DNA of 64,000 bases from positions 672,001 through 736,000 of the forward strand of contig CAVZZO010000003.1 of assembly GCA_963779755.1 (NCBI GenBank), read 5' to 3'. The DNA comes from an uncultured Gemmatimonadales bacterium. Its GTDB lineage: Bacteria; Gemmatimonadota; Gemmatimonadetes; Gemmatimonadales; GWC2-71-9. Made by a program: the position numbers and the translations under genes. Positions 56,587 through 64,000 of the stretch are shown here, piece by piece. The notes beneath the pieces were generated by a model. It made no database searches and had not been told where the DNA came from. It saw only the letters and a program-made list of their open reading frames with translations. Each line of letters begins with the position of its first letter. Within the stretch, counting starts at the first letter, position 1.

Positions 56587-58821
56587 CTACTCCCCGCCCA
56601 GATGCTCCTCGATATATCCCGTAATCAGCTGGAAGAGGTGCACCCGGGTGTTCCCCCCGCTGATGCTGTGGGTGCGGTTGGGGTATTCCATCATCTGGAA
56701 GGGTTTGCCCGCCGCGACCAGGCTGTCTACCAGGGTCTGGGTATTCTGGTAGTGCACGTTGTCGTCGCCCGAGCCGTGGATGACCAGCAGGTCGCCCTTC
56801 AGTTGCCGCGCCAGGCCCAGCGGCGAGCCCTCCCGGTAGCCCTTGAGGTTGGTTTGCGGGAGCCCGTTGTAGCGCTCGGTGTAGACGTCGTCGTAGAAGC
56901 GCCAGTAGGTGACCGGCGCCACCGCTACCGCCATGCGGTAGACGTCGGGATGGCGGAAGATTGCGTTGAGCGTCATGAACCCGCCGTAGCTCCAGCCCCA
57001 GATGCCCACCCGGCTGGAATCCACGAAGGACCAGCGGCTGATGGCCCGCGCGGCCGCGCCCTGATCATGCGATTCGACCACGCCCATGTGGCCGTGGATG
57101 ATCTTGCGCCAGTCGCGGCCCCTGGCGCCGGTGCCGCGATTGTCCACACTGGCAACGAGATAGCCCTTCTGCGTCAGCATCAGGTGCCAGAGATATTGCT
57201 GGCCGCCCCAGGAATCCACCACCGTCTGGGAGCCGGGGCCACCGTAGACCTGGAAGAGGATGGGATACTGCTTCGTGGAATCGAAGTCCGCCGGCTTCAT
57301 GAGGTAGCCGTTGAGCCGGATGCCGCTGTCGATCGCCACCTGGAAAAACTCGGTGCTGCCCCGTTGCAGCCGGTCCAGCCGGGCGCGCAGGGTGTCGTTG
57401 GCTACCAGGGTGCGCGCCACACGGTGTTGCGGCAGCCGCACCAGCGTCAGCACCGGCGGATGTCCGAAGCTGGACCAGGTATGGAAGGCCCAGCGGCCAT
57501 CCGGCGAGATGTCATAGCCGTTGACGCCCGTCTGGTCCCGGGGAGTGACCCGTTCCGGCTTGCCCTTCCCATTGAGCCGGACCCGGTAGAGATAGCGCTG
57601 CGCCTGATTGTCCGGCGAGGCGAGGTAGTAGAGCCAGCCGGCCGTGGTATCGACGGCCTCTACCCCGAGGAGGTCTGAGGAGCCGGGAGTCAGGAGCTGC
57701 AGGGCTCCACTCTCCCTGGTCCCGAGATAGGCGTGATTCCACCCGTCGCGCTCGCTGAGCCAGAGGAAGCGTTTGCCACCCTCCAGCCAGACCATGGGAT
57801 CCACCAGCTCGACCCAGGTGGAATCGCCCTCGGTGAGGATCGGCCGGACCGGTCCGCTGGCGGCATCGGCCAGGAAGAGCACCAGGGTATCCTGCAGCCG
57901 GTTCAGCTGCTGCACGTACAGCTCGCTGGAGTTCGCGGCCCAGTCCATCCGGGCGGGATAGTGGTTGCGGGGATCGCCGGGCAGATCGAGCCAGCGGGTC
58001 TCGCCCGCCCCGTCGGCATTCACGACCCCGATACGTGCCGCCGAGTTGCTCTCGCCCGCCTTGGGGTACTGGACGGGGACGATGTAGGAATAGAGTGAAT
58101 CGGTGTTATCGATCAGGTCGAAATTGCGGACGCTGTCGGCGTTGAGCTGCCAGAAGGCGATGTGCCGCCCGTCGGGGCTCCAGCGCCAGCCGTCGCGCAG
58201 GTCCAGCTCCTCCTCATAGACCCAGTCGAAGGTGCCGTTGATGATGGTGCGCGAGCCGTCGCGGGTGAGCCGGGTGATGGCGCCGCCGGCCAGATCCTCC
58301 ACGTACAGATCGTGCGCCCGCACGTAGCCCACCCGGTTCCCGTCGGGCGAGAACTTGGCGAACATGAGGGTCGAAGGCTCGGCGTCGGGGCCGCCCAGCC
58401 GGCGCAATTTCCAGCTGCCGAGGTCCAGCACCCAGTAGTCGCCCCGGGTGTTCTGCCGCCAGACCCGCTTGGAGTTGGTGTAGACCAGAAGCCGGCTCCG
58501 GTCGGGCGACCACTGATAGCCCTGCACCTCCAGCGGGACGGAATCGCCGGCGGGAACGAGCCGGGCGGCCGGGACCAGCACCGTTCTGGCGCCCGTGGCG
58601 CTCTCGTACCGGACCAGGTCCTTGCCCTTCCCGCTGTCCGGCTTCTCCAGCGTGGTGTACGCCTTTCCCCCTTCCAGCCAGCGCGCGGGCCCGAACGACT
58701 GCGGGTTGAACTCGCTGGAGCCGTAGATGCGGGAGACGGTGAGGCGACTGGAGTCGGTCTGCTGGGCGAGTGCCGGAGCGGCGAGCAGGCAGAGAAGCGC
58801 GACGATGGTGGAGGTGCGCAT
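56587..58821 (-). CDS. S9B family dipeptidyl-peptidase IV
   Basis: Signal peptide, DWVYEEE, GWSYGG, DDNVH, HSI. Confidence 0.95.
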   Translation of the reverse strand: MRTSTIVALLCLLAAPALAQQTDSSRLTVSRIYGSSEFNPQSFGPARWLEGGKAYTTLEKPDSGKGKDLVRYESATGARTVLVPAARLVPAGDSVPLEVQGYQWSPDRSRLLVYTNSKRVWRQNTRGDYWVLDLGSWKLRRLGGPDAEPSTLMFAKFSPDGNRVGYVRAHDLYVEDLAGGAITRLTRDGSRTIINGTFDWVYEEELDLRDGWRWSPDGRHIAFWQLNADSVRNFDLIDNTDSLYSYIVPVQYPKAGESNSAARIGVVNADGAGETRWLDLPGDPRNHYPARMDWAANSSELYVQQLNRLQDTLVLFLADAASGPVRPILTEGDSTWVELVDPMVWLEGGKRFLWLSERDGWNHAYLGTRESGALQLLTPGSSDLLGVEAVDTTAGWLYYLASPDNQAQRYLYRVRLNGKGKPERVTPRDQTGVNGYDISPDGRWAFHTWSSFGHPPVLTLVRLPQHRVARTLVANDTLRARLDRLQRGSTEFFQVAIDSGIRLNGYLMKPADFDSTKQYPILFQVYGGPGSQTVVDSWGGQQYLWHLMLTQKGYLVASVDNRGTGARGRDWRKIIHGHMGVVESHDQGAAARAISRWSFVDSSRVGIWGWSYGGFMTLNAIFRHPDVYRMAVAVAPVTYWRFYDDVYTERYNGLPQTNLKGYREGSPLGLARQLKGDLLVIHGSGDDNVHYQNTQTLVDSLVAAGKPFQMMEYPNRTHSISGGNTRVHLFQLITGYIEEHLGGE

Positions 58822-58829
58822 GGTCAGGA

Positions 58830-58923
58830 AGGTCGAAGGTCGAAGGTCGAAGGTCCGAGGTCAGAGGTCTGCGCCGATCCCAGGCCGTGCTCGACTTCGA
58901 CCCTGGACCTTTGACCTTGAACC
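58830..58923. repeat. Inverted heptamer arms (AGGTCGA)n ... (TCGACYT-like)n
   Basis: aggtcga x3 aggtccg aggtcag aggtctg / tcgact tcgaccc tggacct ttgacct. Confidence 0.85.
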
Positions 58924-58928
58924 GTTTC

Positions 58929-61880
<2,952 letters not shown>

Positions 61881-61923
61881 AAGAAGGGAAACGTAGCGGT
61901 GGGATGCGATGGGATTCAAGACA

Positions 61924-62012
61924 GGCGGGGCGGCGGCGCAGGGGCGCAGCGGCGAGGCATGCCGCCCCTGCGCCCCTGCGCCGCCGCCCTCCCACCTTCC
62001 CACCCCCCCGCC
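61924..62012. repeat. Inverted octamer arms (GGCGCAGG/CCTGCGCC type) in the uvrA divergent intergenic region
   Basis: ggcggcgca ggggcgca gcggcg ... cccctgcg cccctgcg ccgccgcc. Confidence 0.7.
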
Positions 62013-62025
62013 CTATCTTGCACCC

Positions 62026-62826
62026 ATGCGACGTACCCGACATTCCCGCGCCGGCGGACGCGAGCAGGCGCTGCACGAACTCTTCTCTACCAGTGGTCTC
62101 GAGGCCGAGCCGGCCTCCCGCCAGGTGGATTCCCAGTTTTCGCTCCGGCCCTTCGCCGCCGCCACGGCGGGCGACGGGACCATGGCCCCGGAACCGGTAC
62201 CCGAAGGCAGTCCCGCCGACCAGCTCTACCAGCGCGCCCGGGATGCCGCGGCGCGGGGCCGCCGGGCCGACGCCGTCCAGCTCTATCGCGACCTGCTGTC
62301 GCTCGATCCCCGGCATCTGGGCGCCCGGAACAACCTGGCGCTCCTGTACGAGGAATCGGGCGATGCCGACCTTGCACTGGATGAGCTCAATGCGGCGGTA
62401 CGGTTCCATCCGGACCAGGTCGACCTGCTGGTCAACCGGGGGGCGATCCAGGGCGCGATGAAGCGTTACAACGAGGCCGAAGCCGATCTCCGCCGGGCGC
62501 TGCGGCTGGTGCCGGGGCACCCCGGGGCGCAGTTCAACCTGGGGCTGGTCCTCTGGCGGAAGGGCCTGGCCGAGGAAGCGGCGCTGGCGTTTCGGCGGGC
62601 GGTGGAGCTCGATGCGGGCAACCCCGCCGCCTGGTACTATCTGGGCGATGCGCTCAACCAGACCGGCGAGTTGGCCGATGCGGTGCAGGCGCTGGAACGC
62701 GCCAGCCAGCTCGATCCGCGTTCCGCCCGCCCCTACAACCTCATGGGCCGGGTACTGGATCGGATGAACCGGCCGGGAGACGCCATCGAGATGTACCGCC
62801 GCGCCCGGCAGGCCGACCACCCATGA
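62026..62826 (+). CDS. Tetratricopeptide repeat protein
   Basis: Repeated TPR consensus (ARNNLA, LVNRG, AQFNLG, AWYYLG, PYNLMG). Confidence 0.9.
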   Translation: MRRTRHSRAGGREQALHELFSTSGLEAEPASRQVDSQFSLRPFAAATAGDGTMAPEPVPEGSPADQLYQRARDAAARGRRADAVQLYRDLLSLDPRHLGARNNLALLYEESGDADLALDELNAAVRFHPDQVDLLVNRGAIQGAMKRYNEAEADLRRALRLVPGHPGAQFNLGLVLWRKGLAEEAALAFRRAVELDAGNPAAWYYLGDALNQTGELADAVQALERASQLDPRSARPYNLMGRVLDRMNRPGDAIEMYRRARQADHP

Positions 62827-63326
62827 TCGAGGTGACGGTGGATGACCTCGCATTCCTGGATGTGGAGGCCATCCTCCGTCCGGCGGGAGACCGGTTGCAG
62901 GCGGTCACCCCGGCGATCGCGCGGCTGGACGAACGGGGCGGCGAGGCGTTCGCGGGGCAGCGCCGGCTGAACACGCCGCTGGAACCGGGCGCGGCCGTGG
63001 TCACCGGCGGCGGCGACCTGACCGCCCGGCTGGTGGTACACGCCGTGGTCCAGTCCGCCGACCGTAATCCGGACCGCGACACCATCCGGCGCGCGCTGAC
63101 CTCGGCCTGGCAGCGCTGCGGCGACTGGGGCATCAGCGCCCTCGCGGTTCCCCTGGTCGGTACCGGCGCCGGCCAGCTGTCGGAAGAAGAGGCGCTGTCG
63201 CTCCTGGTCGAGACCTTCCAGAGCCACCGGCAGCGGAGCGATCACCCCGAGTCGCTCACCATCGTGGTGGAACGGGCGGACGAACGCGCCCGGCTGCTGG
63301 CTCTCCTCGAGAGGCTTCCCCTCTGA
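62823..63326 (+). CDS. Macro domain protein (divergent)
   Basis: IEVTVDDL, GAAVVTGGGDL...VVHAV, LAVPLVGTG. Confidence 0.8.
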   Translation: MIEVTVDDLAFLDVEAILRPAGDRLQAVTPAIARLDERGGEAFAGQRRLNTPLEPGAAVVTGGGDLTARLVVHAVVQSADRNPDRDTIRRALTSAWQRCGDWGISALAVPLVGTGAGQLSEEEALSLLVETFQSHRQRSDHPESLTIVVERADERARLLALLERLPL

Positions 63327-64000
63327 CCCGTCGCGCGGTCGCCCTGGTCATCCTGCTGGTGTGGGCGGCCACGCTGAGCTGGCTCACCTGGCGCACCTAC
63401 GGTCCCAACCCGATCGGGTTTGCGGCGACGCGGGGGCCCCTGCTGTCTCCCGACGCCTTCTTCTACAGCGTGCACGCGGGGCCCCGGCAGGTCGGCATCG
63501 CGTCGCTCACGGTCGACACCGTATCCGACGGCTACCGGCTGGTGGAGCGGATCGGTCTCGATCTGCCCATCCAGCCCACCAGCCCGCGCAGCCAGTATCT
63601 GCGGGAATTCACCCTCGATTCTGCCCTGGGCCTGGTTTCCTTTCGCATCGCGCGCGACCTGACGGGCGGCACCGAGACGTTGACGGGCATCCGGGTGGGC
63701 GACTCCCTGCTGGTGGTCACCTCGGAATCCTCACACGGCCGCTATACCTGGCGCGTCCCGGTGCATAACCCCATGCCCGCCATTGCCGGGCCGATGCGGC
63801 TGGCGCGGGAATCCCGGCTGCGCCGGGGCACCCACCTGCGCTACACCTATTTCGACCCGCTCGCGGTCCGGCTCCGGAGCCGGGATCTGGCGGTGACCGC
63901 CGAGTCGTCGTTCGTGGTCTCCGACAGCGCCGTGTACGACTCCGCGGCGGCCCGCTGGTTCGCCGTGCACGCCGACACTCTCCGGGCCTGGCGGGTGGAC
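63323..64000 (+). CDS. Membrane-anchored protein, partial (possibly the N-terminus of a transglutaminase-like protein)
   Basis: Frame open to the window end: (L/M)TRRAVALVILLVWAATLSWLTWR...; apparent CTG start overlapping the macro-gene stop. The product is a guess because no catalytic domain is in the window. Confidence 0.65.
   Translation, partial: MTRRAVALVILLVWAATLSWLTWRTYGPNPIGFAATRGPLLSPDAFFYSVHAGPRQVGIASLTVDTVSDGYRLVERIGLDLPIQPTSPRSQYLREFTLDSALGLVSFRIARDLTGGTETLTGIRVGDSLLVVTSESSHGRYTWRVPVHNPMPAIAGPMRLARESRLRRGTHLRYTYFDPLAVRLRSRDLAVTAESSFVVSDSAVYDSAAARWFAVHADTLRAWRVD

Overview
GC-rich bacterial chromosome segment, probably Gemmatimonadota. That assignment is inferred from the EF-Tu switch-I variant, the RpoB/RpoC insertions and the gene content, not from a search. 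Bases 1-36.7 kb are mostly core translation and transcription genes on the minus strand. In transcription order these are cysS, a Thr-Tyr-Gly-Thr tRNA cluster with no tufB, rpmG-secE-nusG-rplKAJL-rpoBC, then the str, S10 and spc operons ending at secY-adk-map with no alpha operon following. trpS, a degenerate pilT and an M28 peptidase lie near the left end. rpoC carries a 1-bp frameshift that is probably an assembly error. Bases 39-48.7 kb form a stress island resembling the DosR regulon: two USPs, an Acg nitroreductase, MgtC/DUF4010, a Met-rich secreted protein, a DosS-type GAF kinase, an OmpR-type regulator and a P1B-5 ATPase. The best candidate for an undescribed system is 51.0-54.6 kb. There an exact sigma-W-type ECF promoter (TGAAAC-N16-CGTA) precedes seven paralogous small membrane/coiled-coil genes plus one internally deleted relic, all sharing an ERx(D/E)FxERxL motif, followed by a CesT/YbjN-like chaperone and pspA (bacterial ESCRT-III). 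A second unexplained signal is roughly 15-20 elements made of 7-9-bp tandem repeats, mostly arranged as inverted arms. They belong to several unrelated sequence families and sit at gene junctions throughout the window; one is inserted in frame in uvrA.
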